64,000 nt of DNA, from NCBI RefSeq assembly GCF_009914755.1, contig NC_060929.1; one strand, 5' to 3'. The notes beneath the pieces are model-generated. The model was not told the origin of the DNA. It ran no database searches and saw only the letters and a program-made list of their open reading frames with translations. The stretch is from the human T2T-CHM13v2.0 reference genome, Homo sapiens. Both the position numbers and the translations under genes were made by a program. This document shows positions 1 through 11,935 of this stretch, one piece after another. Each line of letters starts with the position of its first letter. Position 1 is the stretch's first letter.

Positions 1-859
1 AAAAAGCAAGCTAGCTTTTGGGGAACACATACAATAGATTGCTATGGTTAGATTGAAGGTCTGTATCTTGATCTAGATTTTAATGACTGAGGAAAAGCAT
101 CCTATTTTATTTGTGTACCCTCCTCAAAACTCAGTTTCCTATTGTATGTGGTAGCACTAAATGGATATTTCCTTTTCCTTCCTTGTATTATCTTTACTAA
201 AGATATTAAAATTGTACAATCTAACCTACTTAATCAGACATTTTTAGGAATGAAAGTTATTGGTTTATGATGCCTTCTGCCTGCCTTGGCTCTTCAAGAT
301 CAATATCAAAAACCCAGGGCAACTGGAATAGGAGATCCATGAGTTGGAGTGATTTTAGGAGTCTCCAAAGCTTCCACTTTTCCTTGATTGTTCCTGAAAT
401 TACTCATTAGTTTAAGTCAAGGCATTTAAAATGCAAATATTAATATAGTCATTAACACCTGGAAATTAGCTCACTAGAACTGATAACCAATTCTTGATAA
501 CTTCTTGGGAAATTAGATAGAGGAAAGATAAGTTTTGAAGAGAAGGGAAGCAAATTGAGGATATCGTCTCAGAGAGGAGTTTCCGTCATTCTTTGTTTAA
601 GATCATTAGAGGATTGGGAAAGAAAGTGCTGAAATAGAAGCCTAAGTAAAAAGGAAAACAAGGCTGAAGAGGGGGAAGAGAAAGGAAACTGATATTTATG
701 AGCGCTTATAGTAGGCCAAGTTCTGTGCTAGACCTCTCTTTGTTTGTTAGATCATGTTGCCATGAAGAGAGTGATGAAGAGTAACTGCCTAATTTACAAT
801 TTTACCCAATCTTTCCATGAATAAATCTGTCCCTCAGAGCCCTTTACTCATATAACAAG

Positions 860-1374
860 AATTTATTGATCATTTCCTGCAATACATCACTTTCACTCAT
901 GACCTTAGTTTTTCTTACCTCCCTGTATCCAAGCCCTTTGATAGCGCCTTCTCACACTGACTCTGACCTTGGCCATGGGCCTTGCTTTTGCCAATAGACA
1001 AATGTGACACAAGCAGAGGCTTAAGAAGCACCTATGCATTTTCACTTGTCCTTTTGCAAGATTGAGATTGCTTGCTCTTGCATCTCTGCCTGGTCATGAG
1101 TAAGTGCCTGAACCAGCCTGCTGAAGAAATGTGAGATGCACATGGAGAAGAGCTGAGACCAGCTGACCCTGAAGATGTGGTAGAATAGCCAAGGACAACA
1201 GAGCCTATCCAACCCATTGCACGCTACTGATGCATGAATAAACCAAGTCACGACCCCCAAAAACCACTCAACTGATCTTCAGACTTTTGAGAAATAGCAA
1301 ATTGTTGTTTAACCCACTGAGTTTTGGGGCGATTTGTAACACAGCATTGTTGTAGTAATAGATAATCTGCTACA
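860..1374 (+). mobile_element. MaLR solo LTR (MLT1H/I/J-like)
   Basis: MLT1-type motifs (GCCAATAGA..ACAAGCAGAGGCTT; 3' end CCACTGAGTTTTGGGG..TTTGTAACACAGCATT..ATAGATAA..TACA). Left boundary approximate. Confidence 0.7.
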
Positions 1375-1750
1375 TACCAGATACTGTGATATGTGCCAGG
1401 AATACACAGATAAATGGCCTTGTCCTCAAGGTGTTAATTTTCTTGTGTGGAAGCCAGCAACACTGAGACCACTGGTATAACAATAATAATAATTACTAAT
1501 AATAAGTAATAATAATAACAGTAGTTCTATAAAAACCAAGAGGAGAATGCTTCCAGCTACCTAAGAGAGTGTGGCAAAAGGAGGTGACATTTAAGCAAGT
1601 TCTTGAAGAACAGGGAAGAATTTCCCCTGTGGACAAGAGTGAAGGACAACTGAGGTAGAGGGAAAAATGTGTTTAAAAAGAGGGAAGCATATCAAAGGAA
1701 AAGTCAAGAGGAACTGTAGGAAGTGGGGCTAGAGTGTGGTTGGTTGGGAC
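1375..1750 (-). mobile_element. L2 fragment, containing an (AAT)n tract at ~1482-1518
   Basis: TGTGCCAGG..GCCTTGTCCTCAAGG..GAGGTGACATTTAAGCAAG pattern typical of antisense L2 3' region. Confidence 0.55.
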
Positions 1751-1834
1751 CAATGGGAAGAATCTTGGGCACTTTAGGCATTCAACTTACTTTTTATGTA
1801 CTCAGGACACATTTGTATATAAGCCCATGCTTAT

Positions 1835-2410
1835 CTACGGGTTCTTGGAAACTGATACTTCAAGTGAAATGACATACAATGAAACAAATTTTATTATAGG
1901 CTAATTGATTGATATAAGACTTAAGTTCCTATGGCATATTTCTGGTTACAAAAACATCAACAAATTCTTAAATAAAGACCAAGACACTTCTAACATTAAA
2001 AATTTAAATAAATGTGAGCTATACACAGAGTTAAGAAAGATGAATAAAAACAAGTATGATAATTATTTATCCACTTATTCCAGTTCAGGGTCATGAGTGG
2101 CTGGAGTCTATCCCCACAGCTCAGGGTGCAAGATGGAAACCAGCCCTATACAGGACTCCATCCCATCGCAGGGCACACTCACTTACACCCAAACTCACAC
2201 TCACTCTATGGGGACAATTTAGATATATGCATTAATCAAATGTGCACATCTTTAGGATGTGGAAGGAAACTGAACTACCCAGAGAAAATGCATGCAGATA
2301 TGAGGAGAATGTACAGTTTTCAACATGTTCTGCCTGGGAAGAGATTTTTTTCCTCATCGAAATTATAACAGCATGATGTTGAAGGAAATGACGTTATTTG
2401 AAGACCTGCT
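1835..2410 (-). mobile_element. MER6/MER6A (TcMar-Tigger non-autonomous DNA transposon)
   Basis: Reverse complement begins AGCAGGTCTTCAAATAACGTCATTTCC.. and contains TTTCCTTCCACATCCTAAAGATGTGCAC, matching recalled MER6 consensus. Confidence 0.75.
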
Positions 2411-5400
2411 TTAATTGTTCATGATAACTTCACTATGTATGTCCTTGAGTAAACTGTGGTCAATTTGTCCCTTTTATGAAGCCATCATTATTGACAGTAA
2501 TAAAAACAACAAGTGAAAAATACAAATAATGGGTAATTGTTATAACCAAAATCAATATTAATCAGTATTAGGGGTATAGATTTATATATGAAAAAAAGAG
2601 ATGTCCCTCTGTGATTGGGTAGTATTGTTAATACATTAATTACTTAGAAAGAACATTTTTTCCTATTTTATTACTTCTATGAGGAACAATGATTTCCCAG
2701 GTATCTCTAAAACTCTATTAACCACTGTCTTTCACAAGGCACGGCTTCTTTTGGAATTCCTCTTTTTGACATCTAATAGGTCACCCTTTCTTCCTTTATC
2801 TACTGTATTTGTTAACTTGGCTATTAATCTTTATTACCCAGTATGTATAGTCCTCTCAAAGTATTTCTTATAAAGGAATTAAGATGAATATTAAATGGCA
2901 TGTTATTAAAATGGAAATAGTAACAGGCCTAGTTAGAATGTGGATTCTTAAAAAAAAGTGACTGGGTTTAATGATATCTGTTCTACTCTCTTCTCATAAT
3001 TTACCAGGTTAAACAATCAATACTAATGGTTATTCAGTCCTTCTCTCAAAAGTTCCTAGAAGCTTAAGAGCTTGATAATCACCCAAGTATATGTGACATA
3101 AGAGGAAGAAATAAGTGAAAACCAGAAGATTCTACAACAGTGATGAACACTGTTGCTTTTGAAGCTAGGTGAACAACTACCTCTATTAGATTTCTTCTCT
3201 ACAAGCTGGAACTGAAACTTCCCTCATGGAAAAGGAAAGCGAAGATTCAATGGGATAGAGTGCTAATGTGCTTTTTTGGTGATAAAATGCAATAAAGTCC
3301 TTCAGGGGATCTTATGCTTTGTAGCAGGTATCAGAGGAAAAATTCACTATACATTTCTCAGCACATATTCCATCAATTCTCCTCAAACAGTCACAATAAA
3401 ACACAGGACAGCTTGAATGGTGGAGAGCAGCAAAACATAATACTCTTTGTTAAGTGGGTTGGTGCTGTGGCAGTATTTTAGTACATGAGATGTACTCACT
3501 AGTTTTATCTATCTCTGTTTTTTCAATGAACTTAGGATACAAAGAATTTAAACACATATCACTTCTGTTAAAGAAACAAACAGTAGCAGCAGAAGCAGGA
3601 TTGGAGAAATCAAAGAAGAAAAAGGGCGTTTTCTCTTCCTTCATAGATTTTTGTTATACTTTAACATGGTAGCCATTTAATTCTGTGGGAAGTTTAAGAA
3701 TGCAGTTTATCTGGAGAATGCATAGCCGTTCAAGTTGTGCAGTATTATTTATGTCTATTTAAAAAAATAGTAGGTAGCATGTACTTTGGACTCAAATGTT
3801 GACTGTATTGTGTGGAATAAATTTAGTAAACTCATTGCTTTGCTTCCTTTTAAAAAGCTTTTAATCTTTTTTATTTTTTAAGGAAACTTTGGAACAGCAT
3901 ATCAATGATAGAACCTAATAAAATCTTACCTTGGGGCAAGCCTCTTGTATATAAAATTGGAGTCTGTAGTGCCAGGGCTTTCTATTAGTACCATCCATTT
4001 TGTTAGCATTTTTCCAATTTATCTTACGTTACTAACTCTCAGCGTACTATGCCTATTGTAAATATTTAAGCATTACTGTTGACATAAAGATAATACTGAC
4101 AAATTGAGTTAACATTTCTGCTGAGGATTACTGACCATGTGTAGACCAGAACAACTTTGACACCCACACCAAACCCTATACTCAGGCCAAATTGTGTTTA
4201 GTCTACAATACAGTGCTGCTCCTTAAATTAATTTTTAGCTTTGATTTACACAAAATGTGAAACAACCTTTCTTGCATCAATTAATTGTTTGACTTTCCTA
4301 ATACATTTCCATTTTAACTAGGTTATTTCTCTATCAAAGGAAAAAGAATGCGTGCAAGATGTCAGTGTCTTGGGTGCACACACCCACCCATCCTGGGGTA
4401 TTATAACTTTGTGTGATCTAAGTAAAAGTGAAATCTGTTCTGCTTCTTAGCAGTTTCACCTGAGACTGCACTCTCTTTTGAGGTACCTCAACTGATGTCT
4501 GTTTCACATGGTAATTGACCTTAACATATTTAACTGAGCAAAAGAAAAATAATTTGGAGAATTTTATCTCATGGAATAATCCCGTACTTCAAAACAAAAA
4601 ATTACCAAGTGAAGTAAAAAAGACTAACACTAGTTGAAATCTCCATTTACATATATTGATATATTTCTGGTAACCTATTGTTGTCTTGTATTGCCCAAGT
4701 AACCAGACAATGGCCATTTTGATCTTTAATTGAGCCCAGACTTGGCTCCATATTTATAACATAGTCATCACTGTAAATATATTTTGAGGGAAAGTTTTAT
4801 AAAAAGAAATGCAACTGTATTCCTATACTTAATTAGGTAGGTATTTTGGAATCCTGGTCCTTTCAGACTATAATATGTTAATACATTAGCATGAACAATT
4901 CTCTTTGAGGATTTGATGAAATTCAGCTTCCATAGAAAATACTGATACCAGATTGATGAAGTTAAAAACAAACATTATTTTGAGTTATTTCCTTTTTCTT
5001 AATTCACTGACTTATTTGAGAAAGCAGTAACAAGAGCCTGGGTTACATCAAGAAGTCAAATTATATTTTGGCTAAATTACATCTTTCGTAATTACTTTGC
5101 AATTTAATTTCCCCCATTGCTTCAGTTCAGAGCCTCAGGACTCTATTTACAATTATAACTTACTCTAAGAAAAATAAAACTATGTTCTACAGCTTATTCT
5201 TATGAAGTGATTTCTGCATTTACTAGTTAATTTCCTAGAAATTTCTAAAATGATTATTTGGTCAAAGACAGCCTTTTCATTGTTGTTACCCTTTTTCCCT
5301 GTATGTTATTTCTCTCAAAAATCTATTTCAGACCTGTCGTATGACGTTGCTATTGTTTTGTTTGAAAAGTGTCATAATTACAGGATTAAAGTAGAAAATG

Positions 5401-5897
5401 TAAATATTTATTGCAAGGTGTTATTTCTTCAGATAGAATGTTACCTATTTGTGACAGAGTTCTTAGGATTGAAATGTCCTGAAAAGAAAAACATGAGCTG
5501 GATATTACATTTTGAAGTGTCTGGCTAATGAGGCTGTTGGGAGCGATTTCCTATTGAGATGCTCTTCAAAAAGAAAATTCAAGCTGGGAGAAATTTTAGA
5601 AATGTGATAGATCTGTGAGGTCTAAGATGCCTGAGGTTCTAGTTTCATAATTCCTTGGAGAGATCTATAGCCTTCTATTGGGAAGCAAATGGCTTTGTTG
5701 AGACTCATCAGGCTTTGTGACATCAAATAGTTCTTACAAAACAACAGTGTTTTGAAGAATCAGAAACAGATGGATTGAATTTTTCTTGAAACAAAATAGG
5801 GTTTAAAAATGGAGAGAAAAACTAATGTCAAACCCTCAACATTCAGAAAAGGGTTTGAATCACTTTCTTGCCTCAGAGAGTTGTCAGATTCACTTAC

Positions 5898-5935
5898 CGC
5901 AGGAGATAGAGAATCATGCAGGGCTCCACCTGTTC
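5898..5935 (-). other. Candidate 38-nt micro-exon (unassigned transcript)
   Basis: Minus strand: branch-like TAACTAAC, then GTTTTCAG|GAACAGGTGGAGCCCTGCATGATTCTCTATCTCCTGCG|GTAAGTG. Consensus donor; open in phase 1->0 as (G)TGGALHDSLSPA. Confidence 0.3.
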
Positions 5936-6479
5936 CTGAAAACACCACCACTAAGTTAGTTACTCAGATTCCACGATCTGGGATTTAGTCTCTGATTAGG
6001 CCACAGACATCACATGCCAAAAGAAATTATACTCATACCTGATACTGACTCCAGGCTTTCACAGTCAAAAGTGAATGATGTGAGTAGGACTTTTAATGCT
6101 TTAGTTTAAGAACAAAATGCATCCAAAGTTGGTATTTCCTTTTTTGGTTTTGAGTGAGAAGAGGGACCCAAAAAGGTTATTTTCAAGGCCCTGGGTTCTT
6201 AGAGTTATTGATGACAAAGTAGGGAAGCATCTTGTATGATGTTTCAATACCATCATAAGCAAGAGGTTTTATATACAAATAATACAAATTTCAGGAGGAA
6301 AAATTTGGATAAATATATTCTGATGATTTAGATGAATGATAAATGGAATTTCAGCAAAGGAGTGTCATGATCTAAGTTTAATTAAAGTTAGTTTGGCTAT
6401 GATAAGCAATGCATTGGATCTGGGTGAAGTAATTATGATACAAGTAGCTAAAATATACTGAATTCTTATTAGTTGCAGA

Positions 6480-6635
6480 GTATGGTGCTATGTCTTTTTA
6501 TATGCATATGTCATCTCATTCTTTTGGCCACCCTACAAAGCCATTACTATTGTCATCCCCATTTTATAGATGAGGATACTGGAATTTAGAAATTTAAATT
6601 TGCCTAAGGCCACACATTTTGGTCAGAGCCAGTCT
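6480..6635 (-). mobile_element. MIR SINE
   Basis: CCCCATTTTATAGATGAGGATACTGG..TTGCCTAAGGCCACACA core. Confidence 0.75.
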
Positions 6636-6817
6636 TGGTTTTTTTTTTTTTTTTTTAAATAACATTTTGCTGTGAAGTGTATGGTATAGTATACACAACT
6701 ATTACACATTCTAATCCAGATGTGAAGTCCCTCAAGGTAAAGGATAACATACATTTGAATGGAAATGTTATAGGAACAAATAAAATAGAGGAGTGGGAAA
6801 AGATGATGTCAAGATTT

Positions 6818-6860
6818 TCCTTTCCTTTCCTTTCATTTCCCTTCCTTCCTTCCTTCCTTC

Positions 6861-6927
<67 letters not shown>

Positions 6928-6985
6928 TTTTTTCCTTTCCTTTCCTTTCCTTCCATCCTTCCTTCCTTCCTTCTTTCTTTTTTTA
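6818..6985. repeat. Compound (TTCC)n/(TTTC)n microsatellite derived from the L1 poly(A) tail
   Basis: Direct reading; lies between the TSD and the L1 3' end. Confidence 0.95.
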
Positions 6986-7197
6986 TTATACTGTAAGTTC
7001 TAGGGTACATGTGCACAATGTGCAGGTTTGTTATATATGTATACATGTGCCATGTTGGTGTGCTGCACCCATTAAATCATCATTTACATTAGGTATATCA
7101 CCTAATGCTATCCCTCCCCACTCCTCCTACCCCATGACAGGCCCTGGTGTGTGATGTTCCCCATCCTGTGTCCAAGTGTTCTCATTGTTCAATTCCA
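6818..7197 (-). mobile_element. 5'-truncated L1PA4/5-like 3' end with 15-bp TSD
   Basis: L1 3'UTR (TTCTAGGGTACATGTGCACAATGTGCAGGTTTG); identical TSD ATGATGTCAAGATTT at 6803-6817 and 7198-7212. Confidence 0.92.
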
Positions 7198-7212
7198 ATG
7201 ATGTCAAGATTT

Positions 7213-7520
7213 CAAGATTAGAAGAATGATGGGAAAATGTACTGCTTTGCAAATAGTGGTGATGGAAGGGTGAACTGATTCAGAGGTGGAAGAGAGAAGA
7301 TGATGGATTCTGCTTTAGATATATTGAGTTTGGGGCACCTGCAAGAAATCTATGTGGAAATTTCCAGTAGACGAAAAAAGAAACTGGGTTTCAATTTAGT
7401 AGGGGTAGCAGGCCTGGAGCTATAGAATATTGAGATGGTAAAGAAAACTGTGGGAATAGAGGAAATCTTGGAGTGGACATGAAGATAATAGAGTCAAGGG
7501 CTAAAAACTGAGACTTAAAG
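7213..7520 (-). mobile_element. L2 fragment
   Basis: GCTTTAGATATATTGAGTTTGGGGCACCTG..GGCCTGGAGCTATAGA degenerate L2 pattern. Confidence 0.55.
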
Positions 7521-8607
7521 GATGCTAAAGATATGATAGCCTTGATTTTGTTTTAGAATATTTCTCTGAAGCCTAAATATGGAGAAACAAATGGGAGAGG
7601 AGAATTTTAAGAATTGCTTTATTGTGTATAGGTGATTTTATATTTGAGTAGAAATATGTTTGCTGTTCAAACAATCTTCAATATTTTTGCTTTTAACAAT
7701 CATTGATACTATCATAACAACCTCTTCCATATGATATTGATTCATCTTGTATTTGTATAATTATGTTACCTTCTGTTCCCTTGTTTTAAAAGCAGAAAGA
7801 ACATTTCCTACTTTCACTCATTTCATTTTCAAAGAAAGTTTATGTAGAAAGTGAAATGGGATGGAATCATGTTTGAGCCATGATTATAGCTTCAGTTCTT
7901 CTTTACAAAGATTTCGATGTTTTCCTTATTGTCTGATGTAAGACAGAAAAACCACACTACATTCTTTCTAACAGAGTGATGATCACCATATGATTTTATT
8001 GAAACATGCATTTCAGAAACTTTTCTGAAATGGAGCAATAATGGGTCAAATAGACATTTTGTTTAATTATTTCTAAGTAGGAAATGTGCCAGTAATTTGC
8101 AAAGAGTAGTAGTATGGTTTAGGAGAAAAATCAGTAAATCTTGAGCTGAGAGCAAAGATTTCTAGGTTAACAATTATGTAACCCACAACAATTTACCCCA
8201 AATTTTCTGCTCTTCAATGTTACTTCTAGACTTAATGAGCTGTTTCCATTTGTATTTCATATTCTCTAGTCTTTCGTGTTTGTTTCTTCCTCTTTGTGTT
8301 CACTATTTTAGTTTTTTTACCGGGACAGTTGTAAGGATTTTGTGCCTACTCTTCTTCCCTCATCTTTCTATAATTTTGAATTCATTGTTTATTGCTCCAA
8401 TAAAATTTAAAATTTTATCTGATCATTTCCTTCTTCTGTTTGGGAAACTTTCATGATCTACTATTTCCTATCAAATTATAAGCAAATAAGTTAGTTTGTA
8501 TGGCATTCAATTCTCTTTATTATCTGACTTCAACTCAATCTCTAGCCTTGTCTTTCTGCTACTTTCCCTCATGTACCTGAATTCCTGTGTATTTGGAACT
8601 CTCCAAA

Positions 8608-8677
8608 CATCACTATTTACAGTCTCTGGACTGTAATTACTGCATCACTATTTGCAGTCTCTGGACTGTAATTATTG
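8608..8677. repeat. Tandem duplication, 2 x 35 bp
   Basis: CATCACTATTT(A/G)CAGTCTCTGGACTGTAATTA(C/T)TG at 8608-8642 and 8643-8677. Confidence 0.9.
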
Positions 8678-9094
8678 CAGAGCCAGCCTCCTGCATTTTC
8701 TTTCTTCACACATAGGCTGGTGTGATGTGGGAGAAACATCGATGAGAAGGATTCTTGAAGGCTTTTAGATTTGAGAAGGTATATTTGCCCAATGGAATAT
8801 GACATCCTGAGATCATGTGTAGATGTAGAAATGTTGCAGGGCCAACATTTTCTGCATCTCTATCTTCCCATTTCCAACCATAGTTTCCAACACATAGTAG
8901 ATGCTTAAGAAATACTGGTTGGCCTAAGCTGTGATTTTTAACTAGTTCTTGATCCCCGGAATCAGTGTGACAGCATAACAACATTAAGGGCAGTGAAGAA
9001 CAAAGAACGAGATGGTCATGACAGTTCAGAAAGATCATTAGAGGCTGTACTTTCAACAGGATTCTGGTCTATGTCTGATCAGAAGTCTGGTACA

Positions 9095-9205
9095 GCATCA
9101 GTCAGGATCTCAACAGAAGACAGATGGTATGGTCAAATTAGAAAGAATTGAATGAAAGGACTATGAACAGAGGTGTGGACAAGGTTAAGGACACCAACAA
9201 GAAGC
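9095..9205. mobile_element. Old ERVL-type LTR fragment
   Basis: CATCAGTCAGGATCTCAACAG..AAAGGACTATGAACAGAGGTGTGGACAAGGTTAAGG resembles old ERVL LTR ends. Confidence 0.4.
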
Positions 9206-10795
9206 TGTTATTATCCTTTCAAATTATCAGAAGAAAGAAATGGGCCTTGCTAGCATAATCCTTTGCCATGAAGGGATACTTGATTAGTATAGAGAGTCTC
9301 CCACCAACAACTTTCTTACCCTTAATAATTTCAAGAAAAACATTTAAAGAAGCTCATCCCTTCAAAAACATTTTGGTGTTCTTATTATGTCAACACATCC
9401 TTTTGAGGCATTTGTTTTTTGTGGACACATTATTAAAGGAATACATCCAACAAAGACCCACTGAGAGATTAAGAAATAACATTCATTGGCCTGTAAAAAA
9501 GTTTCTATGGTCTTTTAAGTTTTCATTAAATCTACTAACAACATTTTAACATCTCCTATGACAAGTCAAGTCCTCTTAGCTCTTCTTGAGATTACATGGT
9601 TTAAGGAGCTGTAGTTATACGGAAGTTTCTCTGAAAGTCTAACACAAGATAATGGAGAGGCAGAGGTTAATGGGTTGACTTTCAATATTGACTTCTTTTA
9701 AACTTCTGATCTCCGGGCTGAAAAACTGGAAGATGGTGTTTATTTGACTTGTTTGTGCTGTGAGGTTGGTAAAGCACGCCAAATACCACCTTATTTTTTA
9801 AATATACATTCTGTTTCCTAAAAGCAATAAGACACTCATTTCCTACAATGTGTTGTTAGGATGTGACTGAATACTTTAAGTGGTTAAAACTAGTTGGTTT
9901 GAGCTTGGTGACTCCTAACACTCAGACCATTCATCAATTAAGGCAGGACTGCTGTCTGATTGTAATTTGGCAAGCAGCATTTTGTTTTCTAGAAGCACTC
10001 TGTGGAATTCTTCCATCAGAAGTAAAGGATGAGGAAATGTGTTCAATGAAATCAGTAAGGCAAGATACTTGCCCTCATTAGATTGCTATTAGGATGCATC
10101 ATACATGGTGTGATGGTCATTATTACCTGTAGGGGTTGGAAAATGAATTAATCTTATTGTGTCTCAATCCTGAGCTGTAAAATGAATAATGACATCTATG
10201 TTGGTAAAATAAAGTAGATGGTGATTTCCAAAGAAAATCTATGGGAGAAAGCTACTCTACAAATCCAAACCAGGGATTACATCTATTTTAATTCTATTTT
10301 TATACCCAATAATAAACAGTTTAATTGTTTCAATAATATTGTGGGAGCTAATTTTCTTTACAGTACATATCATGTCCCATCATTCACCTCCTTATTCCCT
10401 TGTTTCCTATTGCAATTCACATTTAAAACCAAAGGTCTTCATGTGGTCAATAAAGCACTGAGTTGGCTCTTTCCTACCTGTTAAGCCTTATCTACTCCTG
10501 TTTCCCTCTCCCTAGAACACTCTGCTCACACTGGCCTTTTTCCTTTTCTTTGAACTGGTTAAGCTCCTTCCCATCTTAGAGACTTTGCCTGCAATCCCCC
10601 CTCACCTGGAATTCTCTTCCCTAGATCTTTGTGGTGTTGACTCCTTATTTTCTTTCAGCTGTTAATTCAGAGGCCATCATCTCAAAGTAACTTCCCCTGA
10701 CCACCCAATTTAACATTACCCTTGAGATACTCTTTCTTAAGTTAGACTCTCTTAATGACCTTGTATTACTTGACACTATCTAAAATTAACTTAAT

Positions 10796-11935
10796 GACAG
10801 AATGATTTATGTTCCTTTGGATATATAACCCATGATGGGATTGCTGGTTTGAATGGTAGTTCTGTTTTTAGCTCCTTGAGGAATTGCCACACTGTTTTCC
10901 AAAATGGTTGAACTAATTTGCACTCTCACCAACAGTGTATAAGCATTCCTTTTTCTCCATAACATCACTAGCATCCGTTATTTTTTGACTTCTTAATAAT
11001 GGCCATTCTGACTGCTGTGAGATGATATGTCATTGTGGTTTTGATTTGCATTTCTCTAATGATGAGTGGTGGTGTGCTTTTTTCATATACTTGTTGGCCA
11101 CATGTGTGTCTTCTTTTGGAAAGTGTCTGTTCATGTCCTTTCCCCACTTTTTATTTTTTATTTTTTTTTTGAGACGGAGTCTCGTTGTGTCTTCCAGGCT
11201 GAAGAGTAGTGACGCGATCTCGGCTCACTGCAATCTCTGCCTCCTGAGTAGCTGGGATTGCAGGCAGCTGCCACAATGCCCAGTGAATTTTTGTATTTTT
11301 AGTACACACAGGGCTTCACCAGATTGGCCAGGCTGGTCTCGAACTCCAGGCCTGAAGTGATCCGCCCCCATTGGCCTCCCAAAGTGCTGGGATTATAAGC
11401 ATGAGCCACCGTGCCTGATCTTTTGCCTACTTTTTAATGGGGCTATTTGATTTTTCTTGTTTGTTTAGATTTCTTATAGATGCTAGATAGTAGATCATTG
11501 CCAGATGAACAGTTTGCAAAAATCTTCTTTCACTCTATAGATTGTTTGTTTATTCTGTTGATAGTTCTTTTGCAAACTAACGCAGAAACAGAAAATGAAA
11601 TACTGCATGTTCTCACTTATAAGTGGGAACTAAATGATGAGAACACATGGACACATAGAGGGGAACAACAGACACTGAAGCCTACCATAGGATGGAAGGT
11701 GGAAGGAGGGAGACAATCAAGAAAAATAACTAATGTGTATTAGGGTTAATATTAGTTATTTACTCCTTAGTTAATATGGGTAAATACTTATTAGTAAATA
11801 TGGGTTATTTACCCATTAATAGTACTTATACGTTGGTGATGAGATAAACTGTACAACCAACTCTTATGACATGGGTTTACCTATATAACAAACTTGCATA
11901 TGTACCTCTGAACTTAAGTAAAAGTTAAAAAAACC
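10796..11935 (+). mobile_element. L1PA13-16-like 5'-inverted (twin-primed) insertion: antisense part ~10796-11573, sense 3' end ~11572-11935
   Basis: Strand switch at GATAGTTCTTTTGC|AAACTAACGCAG; 3'UTR GAAAAATAACTAAT..GTTTACCTATATAACAAAC. Confidence 0.8.
11153..11420 (-). mobile_element. Alu (S/J age) with ~30-nt internal deletion, inserted in L1
   Basis: T-tail, GAGACGGAGTCTCG..CCCAAAGTGCTGGGATTA; degenerate TSD 11138-11152 / 11421-11435; deletion between two GCCTCC repeats. Confidence 0.92.

Noticed and set aside
3454-3672. 72-aa lysine-rich ORF as a protein-coding gene
   Set aside because: Non-ATG start, no recognisable homology and only a weak donor; kept only as a low-interest splice-signal cluster.
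6677-7046. Three overlapping ORFs rich in F/L/S or K/E/R
   Set aside because: Translations of the (TTTC)n/(TTCC)n microsatellite.
8608-8677. Palindromic 35-bp repeat as a CRISPR-like array
   Set aside because: Only two adjacent copies, no spacers, no cas genes, eukaryotic context.
11022-11360. 112-aa ORF, and similar ORFs at 29149, 33387, 47981
   Set aside because: Alu or L1/Alu junction translations.
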